DNA of 64,000 bases from NCBI GenBank assembly GCA_012295275.1, contig CM022679.1, positions 2,728,001 to 2,792,000 on the forward strand, read 5' to 3'. Made by a program: the position numbers and the translations under genes. Shown one piece after another: positions 13,546-27,642 of this stretch (position 1 is its first letter; each line of letters starts with the position of its first letter). A model generated the notes under the pieces. It had not been told where the DNA came from. It did no database searches and worked only from the letters and a program-made list of their open reading frames with translations. This stretch comes from Chrysomallon squamiferum. Taxonomy: Eukaryota > Animalia > Mollusca.

Positions 13546-16500
13546 TTTTATTTATGTATTGTGGTTAAATCTGAATGACATAATTCTCAAAGAACTAAAT
13601 ATTTATGTTGTAGACTCATCACATCTTATTCCTGTGCTGTAACAAGTCTGCCATGTTCTCTACCAATCTAGATAAACACTACTAGATATTTAGCTGTCAG
13701 ACAATAGAGATATTTACTTAGTCACTGTAACTCGACTTGGTGCAGCCTCAGTCTGAGTTTTAGGTTGATCAGTTCTATCTGTGTCCATAAAAATATACTG
13801 ATACTCAGGCAGCACAGTTTCCATGGCATCAAAGGGAGGTAACTCGCCATCTTTTATTGGCTGAAAAATAAAAATAAAAAGAATATAATATAGAAAAAGA
13901 AGATTTAAGATTTCAAAAATAACTAAAATCTGAAAAGCTAATAATAGTTAAAAGTTTGTAATACAGACACTGATGAGATTTGAACCTGAGTCTTTGGCTT
14001 GAATAAAATCTGTGCTTTGAGTGTTTGAAAGTCATTTAAAGTATAAATCTATATCGGATCAAAACAAATCTGTCATTCACACATACACACACACATACTC
14101 ACACAGAAATAAATATATAATCTCACTCTCTCTCTCTCTCACTCACTCTCTGTATGTTTATGATTAACATGTATTTTCAATATCAAAATATTATTATTAC
14201 TAATTTGAAAATAAAATATTTTTTCATTTTAATACACTGATTGTATTTTTAAATATATGGATAATAAAGTTAGAACTTTCTTACTGAGAAGCAAACTTTT
14301 AAAGTTTATTTTTTTAATTTAATTTTTTTCTAATTAACAAAACAACTGAAATATACCAATATATTTTCTATTAACTATGAATGTCAAACATCTGGTGTTT
14401 CTAACATGTTGTCTTCACACAAATGCTGCTAATTATTTTTTCTCCATTAGTGGCAAATGATCTTTCATAGGCATCTTACAGTAGATAGAACAGCACATAC
14501 CAAGCTTTTTCCAAGCAGCTATGAATGAAACAGGATTTATGCTAATGAAGCACAATAAAAATTGATTCTGAGACTAACTTCAGTAGAAACCAACAGTCAA
14601 TTAAACTAGAACCCATTTTTGATACGTTCCAAACATCATAAAACATCTTCCGCAAACAAAGCTAAACCTCAATAACTGATGGTCATCAAACGATTTCCAA
14701 TATTGCTGACAACAGCACAATACGTCTGAGACGTTAATCTTCTCCCAGGAACCAATTCCAGGAAAACACTGCAGATTAATGGCCTCAGGCCACAATTAAA
14801 CAGCAAAGCTCGTGAAGAAACAAATCAATAAGTTAATCATCCAAGAAATTTCACTTCATGATTCACACCCATCAAACATTCATTACATTCTCTGAATTCT
14901 TCACAAGGACAAAATATTAATTGATTATTAATTATCTGCAACATTGATTATACATCTCTAAAGTCTACACTCACAACTGAAAACTGGATAAAAATATCCT
15001 TTTTGAAGTTTAAGTTTTGAGTAAAATAAATGTTAAAATATACCTATAGAAAAATATATATTGTTCAGTTCTTAATTTTTTATAAAGAATACTTTTAGTG
15101 GTACAAACAAATAGTATATGAATAAACTGTTATGTTCTAAGTTGTTGTTTTATTAAATGTTTTAGTGGTTGTGTAATATCAGTATTTTTAATCTTAATTA
15201 ATGTACAATTTTTTTTTTTTTTTTAAATTAATATTATTTTATAGTAATTTATTTAAGTAATTTCTTTACATTTATTTTTAAAAAATATAAATTAGAGAAA
15301 ATAATTAAAAGCAAAACAAAACAAACATGTCAAATAACAGTAACATAAAAAGAAAATATAAAAATAATAATAATAATTAATAAAATACATTTAAACTAAT
15401 AATAATAATAATAATAAAACAAATAACAAAAGCAGTAACAGCAACAATGATCATAGTAACAGGAGCACTAATAATAATAATACTGAAAAAATGTAAGCCA
15501 AGACATAAATGGCTGATTTTGACCAATACAAATTGAATTATATATGTTACATTACTAGTGACAATTCTGAAATAACAAATATGTTTTAAATAGGAATGTT
15601 TGAAAATGTCAGCATTTCTCCAGCAACCTAAACTTTAGTAATTATCAGTTGAGTTATCAGTCACAATTTCTATCACAATATATTTCTCTCCTTTTATTCT
15701 TTTTCATATCAGAGTTCTTTACTCAGTCTGTACATTATAACCTCACCTAAATGAAATGGTATACATGAATTAACATTATTAACTAGTAAACAGTAAATAT
15801 TTCATTAAATTACTAGCTTAACAACTTTCTAAATTAATATGAACATAAAACAAAGTAAGATAAGTGTACAACAGGCTTACCTATATGATGATTTAAAGAC
15901 AATAATAATTTTACATACTCTCCACAAATTTTGATTAATCACTTACCTCTGCAGTATATGGTCGATAGTACATGGTAGCCATATTGATTTTTTTACTGAC
16001 ATGCAAATTTAATGTTTTCTCAAGATATTCTTCCTTGTTAATTCAAAACACACAAACTTTTCTTGTTCTTTTGTAAAATTTCCCAAAATCGAAAACACAC
16101 AACAGTGTGACATAAAACTTCAACTCTAACATACAACAAATTAAAGCAAGCAGAAAGTCAACAATTGGATTATGACAAGGGGGGAGTCTAATCTAATCCA
16201 CAGGCACATAACTTTAACAGATACATGTCACAACACCTCTCTCTCAATTACTGTTTACCTGGTTGCCCCTGGTTACCATTACCTGCACAGGTATCTGAAG
16301 TGGGTATGTTTTTTTCTATTGCTTTGTGTGAACTTGTGTACAGAGCTGGTGGGAATGATATTATGTATAAACATTTATTATGATTTCAGTTCATAGACTG
16401 CTGCTTCAAACAGTTTATTTTTAATTTATTGCTAATAATGGCAATTACTTGCTTAATAAGAAGTCTGCATAGTAAAATTTGTTATTAAATAAAAATAATT

Positions 16501-16654
16501 TTTCTCAGAAGAAACATGGAAAACATATATATAATGGTGAAGTATACAAATTTTAACTTATATGATGGCATACACAGATAATTACTTTTTTCAATTAGTA
16601 ACATTGTATCTTTTATATGTAACATCCCATAGTCTGAATAGCTTTTGTCTTTTA

Positions 16655-16709
<55 letters not shown>

Positions 16710-19700
16710 TTAAAAATAATTGTTTTTTTTTCCAACCATATTTAAGAAAGCTATAAAAGAAAGCCAATTAAATCATTTATCAGCTTTTTCAATTTTAAGA
16801 TTCAAATGAAATTATCATTATGATATTAATTCAGTGTGTTAATTTAATAAAAAATTAAATTGAGTACATCTTGGAAAGTTATGTATGTAAATATTTAAAA
16901 TACTGTTAATAAAAAAATCTAAATCGGAAAGTAGAGTGAAAAGAGAAAAAAACAAAAACAAATAAATGATAAATATAGGCTAATGTAAAAAACAAAACAG
17001 AATTAACAAGTAGATACACAAAAGAGATCACAACCAAAAAGCAATAAAAAAAATATATATATGTATGTGTAAAATAATAATAATAACAATAACAATAATA
17101 ATAACAACAACAATAATAATAACAATAATAAGAATGATAACAGTAATAACAATAATAATAATAATAATAATAATCATAAAAATGATAATAATGATGATGA
17201 TATAATATGCAAATACAAAAAGTACAATGATACTAATAAGCTTTTGGTGGTGAATTCATCGCACAATTTTGTTGAACATCATGTCCCTTAAACTAACTTT
17301 AAACCATGGTAAGTTGGAATTTACGTTTTGTTTATTTGTTAGTAAAATACAGCAAAATATAAAACATTTCTTTAATATTCCAGCTGAATTAGAAATTGAA
17401 AGCATTTTAAACCTAGAATTTTAAGAAAGACTAAACATTTTACATTTTGCTGTAATTCCTAAACTACTTCATACAGATTTAGTTATTAATGATAATCGGT
17501 AAATGCCAATCATGTGTTGAATTTGTTTTTTTCTTTATTATTACTGTTATTATTTATTTATTTATTTATTCATTCATTTATTTATTTTCTTGTTTTTTTG
17601 TTCAAGATGATATCTGTGAGTGGAAATTCACTTTCATTCTATGGTCTTTTTCTTAATGATTAGCAGAAGGAATGTTTTATTTAAGCCTTCTCACATACAG
17701 GAATAATCAAAAAAAAATAAACCAATCATTGAACTAGAACAAAGAATAACCCACTGAATACGTTAACATAAATTAATGTTTGTGTAACTTAAATTCTTGC
17801 TACTAATGAGATTTCTGTACATGCATAATGAAAATTATCTTTCTCAGTAACTGTTTTATTAGACAGGGGCCGATATATTCAGAATTCCTGTAAGGACTGC
17901 AGAGACAACAGTTCAGAGACAATAAACAAATATTTTAAAAACTTACACCAAGTTTTTTCTTTGGTACTCTCTGCAGATAGTAACGCCCTCTAGGGGTGTG
18001 GTCAATGACAGACTCCTCTTCTGCAGACTCAAACTGAAGAATTTCAGGTGACTTGTCTTCGACATTTGATGACCTTGTCTCAGGTGGGTTGAGGTCAATC
18101 AAGGGCAAACTCTCCAAATTATCAGCAGTAACCAGAGAATCTGGTTGCTTAAAATGGATTTAAAAATAGTATGAATAGCTTTCAGTAAAAATTAATACTT
18201 TTATTTTAAAAGTAAGACCAGATTATCTAGGTAAATTATCAGTTTTAAATTGCTTTTGATTGCTTGAAGAGGTTTTGCTGTCATTACAAAATTTTGAGAT
18301 AAATTATGTGGAAAACTGTAATAACTTGGATATTATTATTATGAAATTTGAAAAACATTTTTTGATATAGTATAATATTTTGATCATAATGATAAAAACG
18401 ACTAGTCATATAAAAATTGAACTATATGTTCAAAACTATATTTTTATTATCATATTACATTGTTTTACTTATAAGAATATACTCTGAAGAATGAAAAAGA
18501 AAATTATATTAAACTTACATCACTTGTAACAAGTCTAAGAACAAGACCAACTGTCGGAGTTCGGCCATCAACAGTTACCATTTCAGTTCCCTGAAAATTA
18601 TAATTATTTCCTAAATAAATCATGCATCTAACATTGAGCAGATCATTCTCTGACATGAAGTGAAACAGTTGAAAGATAATATTACTGATTTTATATGAAA
18701 ACTAAACAACACAGAAGAATAACTACTTAATTTTGTGAAAACAGTTTCAAATTGAAACAAACTGTTTATTGAGAAACCTTAAATATATGATGATGAGTAT
18801 TTCCAGTTGGGGGAAAAAACACAAAAACAAACAACAACAAACAAAACAAATATTGAATGTATACTTTTATATAATGATAACAGATCTGGATAAAATCTTC
18901 TTTTTGTTTTTTTAACTTAGCAAAAAGTGAATATGAGTCATTCCCTATATTCCTTAATGATGCCCAAGTGATATTTTAAAAAGTAAAACTATACCTGTAT
19001 TGGCAAACCTTCGACTCGAGTCCATTTTTAGCATTTTCACTGGTCAGCTGTGTGTACATTTGCTCATCGAGGAGAAAGGAGGAGAAACCTATTGGACTCT
19101 GCATCTTCCAGAACTGGTCAGTCATTGCTATGGCAACAAAAATAAAATGGTAATTCCAAAGAAATGATATTATAAATAGCCTAAATTAATGTAGTCATTT
19201 CCCAGAATCAATTTTTAAAATATCTTCTATCGCTTTCACAACCAAAATAAAAATAATTATTACTTATATTACATAAGAACAATAACAACAAACAATAATG
19301 ATAGTTAAAATAATGAAATAATAATCATAATTGTTTAAGCAATTACTAATATTCAATTCATTCTCACTTGTATTACACTTTTTGGACTCAATGTTACAGA
19401 TACCATTTAAATTACCTCAGTAAGAATAATAAACATTGTTTGAGATTAACATGGAACAAAAGAAAAAAGAAAAACCCTTAAAAATCTACCTTGATTTGCA
19501 ACATAGTACTCAATAACAACAGCAGCAGATGGTGTGAACATTGTGGCTTTGTCCTTCGTCTCTGAAAACAGGAATGGATGATGCCATGTTGGAAGATTGT
19601 CTGGGTAGCCAGGCAGAGTTATCTGTGAAAATGTAACAAGTAACAGTTATCTGTGAAAATGTAACAAGTGACAGTTATCTGTGAAAATGTCACAAGTGAC

Positions 19701-20722
19701 AGTTATCTATGAAAATATAACAAGTGACAGTTATCTATGAAAATATAACAAGTGACAGTTATCTGCAAAAATGTAACAAGTAACAGTTATCTGTGAAAAT
19801 GTAACAAGTGACAGTTATCTGTGAAAATGTAACAAGTGACAGTTATCTGTGAAAATATAACAAGTGACAGTTATCTGTGAAAATATAACAAGTGACAGTT
19901 ATCTGTGAAAATATAACAAGTGACAGTTATCTGTGAAAATATAACAAGTGACAGTTATCTATGAAAATATTTCTCTTTTAATGACATTGTATCACTGCTT
20001 TGCAACTGTAAAAGAAAAGAAAAGAAAAAAATGACAAGAGAAAATGTGGAAAACATGAATTAGCCATAAGGTAAATAGCATTATTATTATTATTATTGTT
20101 GTTGTTGTTGTTGTTGTTGTTGTTATTATTAAATAGTTATTATATTGTTGTTACTACATGATATTGTCATTATTATTAGTTATTATTATTTTCAGTATCA
20201 ATATTTTTATTGCTATTATTATTTAATATTATTACTATTATCATCATTATCATTATTACAGTAAGAAAATATTATAAGAAAAAAAAAGTATTTACCTGTG
20301 GATATCCCTGCATGGATCGTGGTGGGACATTGAAAGATGATGGGTGTGGGTTTGGAAATGTGACACTGCTGATTGCAACACCTGCAGTTCTGGGATGAGA
20401 TAACAAATTGTCTGCCCTACAGTAGAAAATAACAGTAACATTACCACAGATAATTACATTTAATTACATATCAGTTTAATAAATATCAGATGGCAAATAT
20501 ATCACTGTTTGTAATTTTGTAATGATAATAATTTTATAAGCATTGAAATCCATTCCATTGGCTACTCTTCCCAACAGCAGTCTCAGAAACAGGAAAGCAC
20601 ATCCCATGATCTTTAGTATTCCAGCTCTTAGCCATTGTTTAGAATGGGAAACTCCTCAAAGAATTCACTAAGGTGGATTGATGTGCTATACCATAACCAA
20701 ATTATATATTTCTTCCTAAAAC

Positions 20723-20753
<31 letters not shown>

Positions 20754-23307
20754 CATTATGATATATATTACATATCATCAAAGACTATATAAGTTCTCAA
20801 ACAGTTTTTATCTTTTGTATTTTACATTTTATACCGTCAAATTTTTAAAGGTTTTGATTGCTCACTACAAGATATAAAAAATGTGGAAGAATCCTTGGAT
20901 AGAGTCACTGCTGTCTAATTTAGAAAATTCAAAAACTGACTAACTTGTAGTTGTAGTAGTCTGGTACAATCCTGGCGACAGCTACTAGTGGACCTGGAGA
21001 ATTTATTAAGTCTCTTTGTACTTGTCGCAAATAAACCTGTCAAAATAAATAACTTTATAACAATTTTTTGTTTTTATGATATATGATTTAATTAATGTTT
21101 TTTTTTTTTTTTTTGTCTGGATATTGTGTGTGTGTTGTGTGTGTGTGTGTGTGTTAAATAAATAAATAAAATAAAATTAAATTAAAAAGGAAGTAAATAA
21201 TGCAGTTTTACCTCCAATCCTTGATAATTGGGGGATGACGACTCCTTTGGCAGACGACTCTTCTTGCGCATGATCGAAGCGTACATTCTTACTCCGTTTG
21301 TTGTATTTTCAGATGGCTGTTAAAAATCAACGAAAAATACACGTGACATTATATTAACACTAAACATATATTCGAAGATGTATAAACATAAGCAAAAACG
21401 TGTTTAGAACTATTATTAAAAAATATAATCAAACTTATCCAACTACTGAACTAGTTATTAAAATTTTATGGTCTTAGCACTTTCACTGGTACTTTCTTTC
21501 ACAATTTATTTTTCTCTGTCTTTATTCTGTAATTAAAATAATAATAATAATTTTAAAAATTTCCCTTTCTTCTTTTCACTTTATTTCTTAATTGCGCATT
21601 AATCAGCCATCTTTATTGGATGTGATAACGTGATCTCGAAAAAGCAAAGCGTTTTCATTTCTACTTGAATAATGACTTCTGTTTGATCTACTTCGTTTTT
21701 ATGCAGTGATGGTGCAAAATGTACATGTTGTGTGCATGTTTCGACAAGAAAAAGAAAAAAAAGACAATCTGATACTTACGGCTACCATTTCCAAATGATA
21801 CTGGTGAAATGGCTGGAGATGAGAAACAGGAACATGATAGTTTACAAGAGACTGACGACTTGTACCATCACCAACAGACAAAACCATAGCTACAAAATAA
21901 AAAAATATATATTTTAATTCAATATTTATTTATTTAACAAAATTGTAAATAATAAATCATTAGTAACTACAGAAATGATATCGGGTACAGCGTAAAAAAA
22001 AAAAAAAAAAAAAAAAAAATACCAATAGTAATACATCGAAAACAAATGCATATAAAACGTGACACTCATTTTTTAAATTATATAAATACTTTTAGAATCC
22101 GCAGAAATGTAGTGAATAAATGTTTAACGACACCTCAACTTACAGTTTTAATTCTAAAGATTATTACGTTTACTTTATACATTTTACATGTAATAAGAGA
22201 AGAAATCCACGCTGTAGACCTTCATACAGACCACGTTCATCAATGAGGAGCAGCAAGATATTTTTATTTCTACTTTACCAATAACATAAAACCACTTCAT
22301 AAGCCTCGTAAAACAACTACTGGTGTACTGGCTGGAACGAGAAATAGACCACTGGCGGCGCTAATGGTTATACACAGCAGCCTATCAAGTCCGAAACTTA
22401 TGCTCTAACCACTGAATCATAGCGAGGTGTCAGTGAGTTGAAATACTGATAAACATATATTCTCCATTCATTCATTCATTCATTCATTATGTCATAGTTC
22501 TTCAAAAAATCTAATTAACGTAAAATACAGAAATGTTTTGAGGTGTTGCTAAACAAATGTGTATTCATTCACTGACATTATTAATTCATTCTCTGATATT
22601 TGTTTTTAACCACTGATCACCCACTTTCGTCTTGTGCCTTCTTTTCATCCAGCTGCATGACTAGCATCTCCTCCCAGGCGGGCGCGTGGGTCGGGCGAAC
22701 TGAACTGTGAGTTCTAGACTCAACTTTCACTTTCCTGTCGTCTTCTGATTTCGTCTTTCTGCAGGCAAAATAATAATAATAATAATAATAAATAAAAAAA
22801 TAAAAAAATAAATAAATAAAAAAATAAAAAAATAAAAAAAATAAAATAAAATAATTAAATAAAATGAAATAAAATAATTAAATAAACATTTAAATAAACT
22901 GAAATAAAACATGACTAATTAAACTAATTAATGTAGATATTTATTTTAATTAGACGTACATTGATACATATGGTAAAGCAACATGGCCTTTTGGTGTGGA
23001 CGGAACACTGGTAGCGCCATGCAGAATGACCTCGATTTGTTCCTTCCCTTGATTGGCAACATGGCGCCAGTGTGGTCCAGACGTGAAAGTCGAGTGGTCG
23101 TGATCGGGAAGCGGAGACTCAACCATCTGTAGAGAAGGTACAAATTACAAATGTAATGTCTAGACACGCAAAAACTGTATTTAGCTGTGTCTGTATATGT
23201 TTTTAATCTGTGTGATTTAAAGAAGGAAGATTATTATCTATATATATGTTCACATTAATATACGAAATATACACACTGTCATTCAAATATAAATCTATAA
23301 AAACATA

Positions 23308-23340
<33 letters not shown>

Positions 23341-24679
23341 GAAAAACCCTCCAAAAAAACAACAACCGATATACATATATGTGTTTAGTTACAAAGCTTA
23401 CTTTGAAAAAGTAGATGTACTATGTAGATAATGAAGATAGATGTTATTACACTTTATGAACCTGTGGATCAGATAGTCTCTTCCCGACTGTTTACATTTT
23501 GTTTACGTAATTACTCTGAATCACGCAATACTTTTGTAAATCTGGGATTTTTTAATTCCACAAACGAACATGTATGTTCCTGAGGATATAAGTTTCAAGA
23601 AAGAAAGGAAAATGACATGCACCATGGATTGTCGAGGACGCATTGTATTACTGTATACTTTACAGTTATTATTATTATCATCATTATTATCAGTGACTGA
23701 TCTCAAAAAACAAATGTGTGGAAGTATACTATGTAAGTTAGGCTGATTTTAGTGTTAGTAAATGTATTCTTTAACAAATCATCTGCTGTTAAGAATATAT
23801 GTATTTACGCTTTTTGCCAGCACCATTACAAGTACGGTCAAAGTTCAAACAGTTACTTGAAGGAATACTACATTCATGAAGTAACAAACCATCATTGATT
23901 TTTGTTTGAAATTAATGATGATTATAATTAATTAATTAGAAACATGCAACATTTGGATGCAGCACCACAGGACACTTACCCCTCTGCCATCTGTAAGTGG
24001 AGCGGGTGGTGGTGACGGAGGCAGATTAATTTTCAAAGATCTTGTGTCACCCCAAGACGTGACAGACGGTTTTCTGGGAGGGGGTGACCTCTGCACAGGT
24101 TGTCGTCTCGTGGGTGGGTCGGGAGCTTGTGGAATCTGACTCCTTCTGACGGGCGTTCGTTTGTGTTTTACTCTGCGTTTCGGTTCAGGGGACGGAGTTC
24201 TCTTCCTTGGTGGTATGAATAGGGTTTCTCGTAAAGCAAACGTACATCTTAGTCTTCCACAGTGCATCTGGATATTGTCAGACGACTGCGTCCTCATCAT
24301 CGTCACGACGTCAGTGTATCTGTACATGTCGTCACCAGGTTCGACGTAAAGGTTAATTCTTGGTGCGTTGGTTCTGGGGTAAATGGCGAACTTCCCTTCC
24401 CCAACCTTTTTGCCCATGTCGTGGTCGTTGTCAGGTAGCGAATACGCCTCAAGCAGCATGTAGACGTCGTGATTCTTGTCATTTTTACAGAAGCCTAAAA
24501 CAAAAAACATTTTCTTTTTGAAATGAGGCAAAAAATGGTGTCTTTGAAGTCTATTTCGTTTTTCATCGCAACGATGTCGGTAGACTTCAAACAGTAACCG
24601 TAAACAAACGAATTCATTCAGTAGATATCCTTTCTATCGGAACAGAAATCTATACTAGATATTTTTTAAATAAATACTT

Positions 24680-24710
<31 letters not shown>

Positions 24711-25845
24711 TTCGGTTTGAGGCATTTACCTGAAAATAGTTACGGCCATGGAGGTGTAATCATTCAAAACAACAGTGTGGAGCTTTTTTATTCTCGTTTT
24801 TACTGCTACGTAAGAAAAGTAATATTAACTGTCTTAAAACTATTTAAAACTAAAGGTTCATCACAGATACCTTTATATTAATATAGGAATCTAGGATTCT
24901 AATCATATAATATTGCCTTCTTTTAAACAGTTCAAAACGTATGATTAATATAATTTATTGATTGTTAACTCAAACAACTGGAAGTAAACAGATATATGTA
25001 TATAAAGGTAAAAACAAAGTATAGGACTTTTCTAATCTCTCTCCGCGTAAAAAATCACACACACACGCACACACATACACATTTGTTTAGGCTTGGCACA
25101 TCAAATTTATTTCCAGATTTATTTAGACTTAAAAAATTAAACTTAAAAAAAAAAAACCTAATACCATTTGAAATATCTGTTTTCGGTGGTTTTAAAGCGG
25201 AGTGCAAGATATAATAAATGGTAAATTTGGCCCTCAGTTCTGGAATAAAAGCATGTTAGCTTGACAGGGTTTTATATATATATATTCATAGTATAATTAT
25301 ATATAATACTAACTTTTAGGCAGACTAATGTAATTTTAAACAACACTGCATCGTTTTGGTGCATTGATCTTGAAACAAATGATTTAATACACTACCGTAG
25401 CATATTGTCATGCTTTAGATATGGAATCCAAATAATCATGTAATGATACGTTAAAAATTTTTAATAGTTTATATTATTGTGTTTTAATATACCATTCTGT
25501 GTTTAAGAAAAAAAAATTATATCTAATTACTACGATGGATTTAAATAAACATCAATATAAATAATTTTAAATATATATATTGCACGTACCTTTAGGTAGT
25601 TTAAAAGAAAATTTTCTGTCTGCAAACATACACAACTCTACGTCTGCCGTCTGCCTGACCACGTCTGTCAGAGCTTCGTTGTCACTGATGTAGTCGACAT
25701 TTGGCGGTTTTCTCACTTTTATCTTGGAATAATCCTTGGTGTGAAGACTCTGGACTGAAAGTTTGATGAAATAACGTCCCATGTGATTGAACTGGGCATC
25801 GTGAATTTCCACATCGAAAATCAAACTCTTTTGCTCAATCCCCAT
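9651..25845 (-). CDS. CCDC33: Coiled-coil domain-containing protein 33 (C2 domains plus C-terminal coiled coil); one apparent -1 frameshift
   Basis: 20 coding exons: 25590-25845, 23980-24494, 22960-23126, 22625-22758, 21780-21889, 21212-21316, 20945-21036, 20296-20416, 19490-19622, 18995-19127, 18519-18590, 17947-18147, 13718-13860, 13096-13370, 12423-12511, 11823-12009, 11193-11269, 10653-10757, 10232-10351, 9651-9698. C2-like segments (IEVILHGAT..PYVS; RPTHAPAWEE; HLQPFHQYHLE) and the motifs NYRSAVHRMGQDILVLRQ, QERVIERLE and LMENARMWGKEK match recalled CCDC33. Phases agree except at exon 18995-19127. Confidence 0.85.
10388..10461. repeat. (GA)n microsatellite
   Basis: Pure GA run; similar runs at 13465-13540, 27148-27225 and 28503-28569 (TC). 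Confidence 0.95.
15947..15982 (-). CDS. CCDC33: Putative alternative first coding exon of a short CCDC33 isoform (MATMYYRPYTAE)
   Basis: ATG at 15982-15980, 12 codons, then a consensus donor GAG|GTAAGT in phase 0 that matches the phase-0 acceptor of exon 13718-13860. An X-box lies 280 bp upstream. Confidence 0.55.
16252..16276 (-). promoter_or_regulatory. RFX X-box with adjacent forkhead (FOXJ1-type) site; putative internal CCDC33 promoter
   Basis: Minus-strand GTAACC-AGG-GGCAAC (16276-16262) fits GTNRCC-N(0-3)-RGYAAC exactly. TGTTTAC is at 16252-16258. Confidence 0.55.
19616..19970. repeat. 28-bp minisatellite, ~12.5 units, built from a CCDC33 splice acceptor
   Basis: Unit atctgtgaaaat(g/a)taacaagtgacagtt; ATCT recurs every 28 bp from 19621 to 19957. 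Confidence 0.95.
22105..22420 (-). mobile_element. Degenerate SINE-like interspersed repeat (best-preserved copy)
   Basis: Blocks gtttaacgacacctcaac...gagaagaaatcc...agcagcaagatattttt...actggctggaacgagaaatag...ctctaaccactgaa. Related decayed copies share (t)tagcagcaa(a)ggat(c)ttttatat: ~10930-10980, 12590-12915, 14380-14510, 17610-17735, 20545-20690, 41790-41900, 47945-48140, and ~30060-30335 in the opposite orientation. Family identity is from recall of mollusc SINE-like repeats and is not verified. Confidence 0.6.
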
Positions 25846-27144
25846 ATTCCAATTAACGGTATCTGTTTTAATTTCAAATGTATTTATGAATCCGTGCTGT
25901 ATTCAGTTATTCTATTTACTATTTTTGCATGATATTAGATATTTTAAAATTATACGATAGCCTTTAAATATCCAAAGATTCATCGATGGTGTAATTCATA
26001 AATTTAAGCACTATTCTGGCACCTGTAAATCAGAATACACTTTAGTCACAAAACACCTTTTATTCCAAATTGAATTTAAATCCAAGTAATACTGGAACAC
26101 AGCTAAATTGTTGGTGTAGAATTTATCTGTTTAACTGACCACTTGAAACTTGCAGTGTCTAGCCACAAATCCAAAGATAAGAAAAGATTTTCTCCAAGTA
26201 TTAAACCATTTACCAGCTCAGTTTTACATCCACCTAATTATAATTCCACAAATCTGCACAATTTCAGCCTTTTTTTTCGACAACACAAATCAATGGTATG
26301 TGATACAGACACTCACAAATATACAAAAACACTCCAAATGTTTCATACATACCAGACACAGTTTCGGAGCATCCGTGAAATAAATATATATTAAAAAATG
26401 GAAACAAAAATAGCTAAATACATCATGAAGATGTATAAATATTTTTTTGAATATATATCTTCTTCACTAATGTTTCCTGCATAGTTTTATCAGTTCATTA
26501 CTCTATTTGAAATGCCATGCAAGAATTTGTTTTCTATGAATACATTACAATGATAACAGAGATACGTAAAGAGCGTCTCCATGCAGTGTCATATTTTACA
26601 AATAAACATTCATTGGACTTTTGAAAACACCCACAATAAATACAGAGTGAACAATACGTCCTATTATACGTCCTGGTAGGCAGGACTTTGCCGCTAAATG
26701 AACAAATCGAACGCTCAATGTGATCGTCTGATTCATAAATTTAGCCATGCCCTGCGATGTGTTCAAACAGCTTTCTTATTGAAAGTCAAGTGTAAAGCGA
26801 CAAACAGTCAAAGGAAATCGCATTGAAAAGACCACGTCTCGTCTCATTAGAGCGCTCCAGAAGAAAGCGGCAGGATTTCATAAAGAAATGAAATAACTAA
26901 CCTGCGTCTTTTGTAATCTCTGTCTTTTCAGTGTGTGATCATTTGAAGACGATTTCGTTGAGCAGTGACAGCAGAACCGCCAGCAATGTCAACAGACCTG
27001 CACGATCAAACATACCCACTGGCCTCAACACACACACACACGCACACACACATACACACACACAGAAAACGTGTGTATATATATTTATATATACATACAC
27101 ACACATGCACGCGCAAACACACATACATGTACACGCATACATGC

Positions 27145-27227
<83 letters not shown>

Positions 27228-27411
27228 CGTATACTTTGAGTACTCAATAAAACAAACATATAAACACTCAAGCATAAAGTTATATTAATATTCTGTTCTC
27301 ATCATCTGCTGGTTTATCAAACATGGTTCTAGCTCTGTTTTCTAGTAAAAGATTTCACAGACAGATATCAAAAAAAAAAAATTTTTAGTTTTACTTTTAT
27401 TTCTATTATAA

Positions 27412-27465
<54 letters not shown>

Positions 27466-27642
27466 AAACGCTTCAGATAAACACAAACTATTCAAAAAAT
27501 GGACACTGGATTGGTATTATTATGAATAATCTACTGATGACATAACAAAAAAATCACCGGTCATTATTACCGGTCATTGTTCTTGTTTTATGCTTGAGAA
27601 ATAAAGAAAGAAAATTAATATTAAAAAAAAATCAAAAAGAAA

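Noticed and set aside
14590-14830. Complex, CpG-containing patch in a CCDC33 intron with a 64-aa ORF
   Set aside because: No phase-compatible splice sites or recognisable homology; it may be an enhancer or TE relic, but this cannot be supported.
19616-19970. CRISPR-like regular 28-bp repeats
   Set aside because: No unique spacers, no cas genes, and a eukaryotic intron context; it is a minisatellite.
26931-27288. Overlapping ORFs with HT/ER/SL/CV runs (also 10299, 28496, 31736, 32061, 50487-51428, 54635)
   Set aside because: Translations of microsatellites and poly-T/ATT tracts.
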